From Candidatus Micrarchaeota archaeon (lineage in GTDB: Archaea > Micrarchaeota > Micrarchaeia > Micrarchaeales > CABMGC01): a DNA stretch of 48,196 nucleotides. Positions 48,171 through 48,196 of the stretch are shown here, one piece after another. The stretch's first letter is position 1, and each line of letters begins with the position of its first letter. The DNA lies in NCBI GenBank assembly GCA_964419095.1, contig CAYQOG010000003.1, positions 1 through 48,196 on the forward strand. The letters are read 5' to 3'. The translations under genes were made by a program, and so were the position numbers. A model generated the notes under the pieces. It worked only from the letters and a program-made list of their open reading frames with translations, ran no database searches and had not been told where the DNA came from.

Positions 48171-48196
48171 ATTTCCTTCAGGTTAACTTTCTCTGT

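Overview
Archaeal chromosomal window. Gene content and style (KxQSAMEY pilin, BHB-intron tRNAs, fragmented ribosomal operons) best fit a DPANN lineage, probably Micrarchaeota; this placement is inference. Housekeeping genes include an intein-split Hel308 helicase, sepF, two tandem ftsZ, trmJ, rps27ae/rps24e/eIF5A, DNA ligase, a regulator-sufBDCS operon, RFC-L, pheST, rpl30/rpl15, a beta-CASP RNase, pyrD/pyrC and rps13/4/11. There are five tRNAs: Thr, Glu, Gly (one intron), Ser (two introns) and Asn. Accessory blocks are an orphan HTH/Zn-finger operon, a surface-protein/pilin region around tRNA-Thr and tRNA-Glu, and an AT-rich island after tRNA-Asn (SDR pseudogene, RelE-like toxin-antitoxin pair, IS200/IS605-like hairpin). 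The most notable observations are: a Cys-tailed HTH regulator with a perfect palindromic operator heading the suf operon; two tandem FtsZ2-type paralogues, with an exact 12-nt leader motif shared by ftsZ and sepF; a double-intron tRNA-Ser; an apparently obligatory ATA start for trmJ; and a tRNA overlapping a stop codon. All calls come from reading the sequence; no database searches were run.
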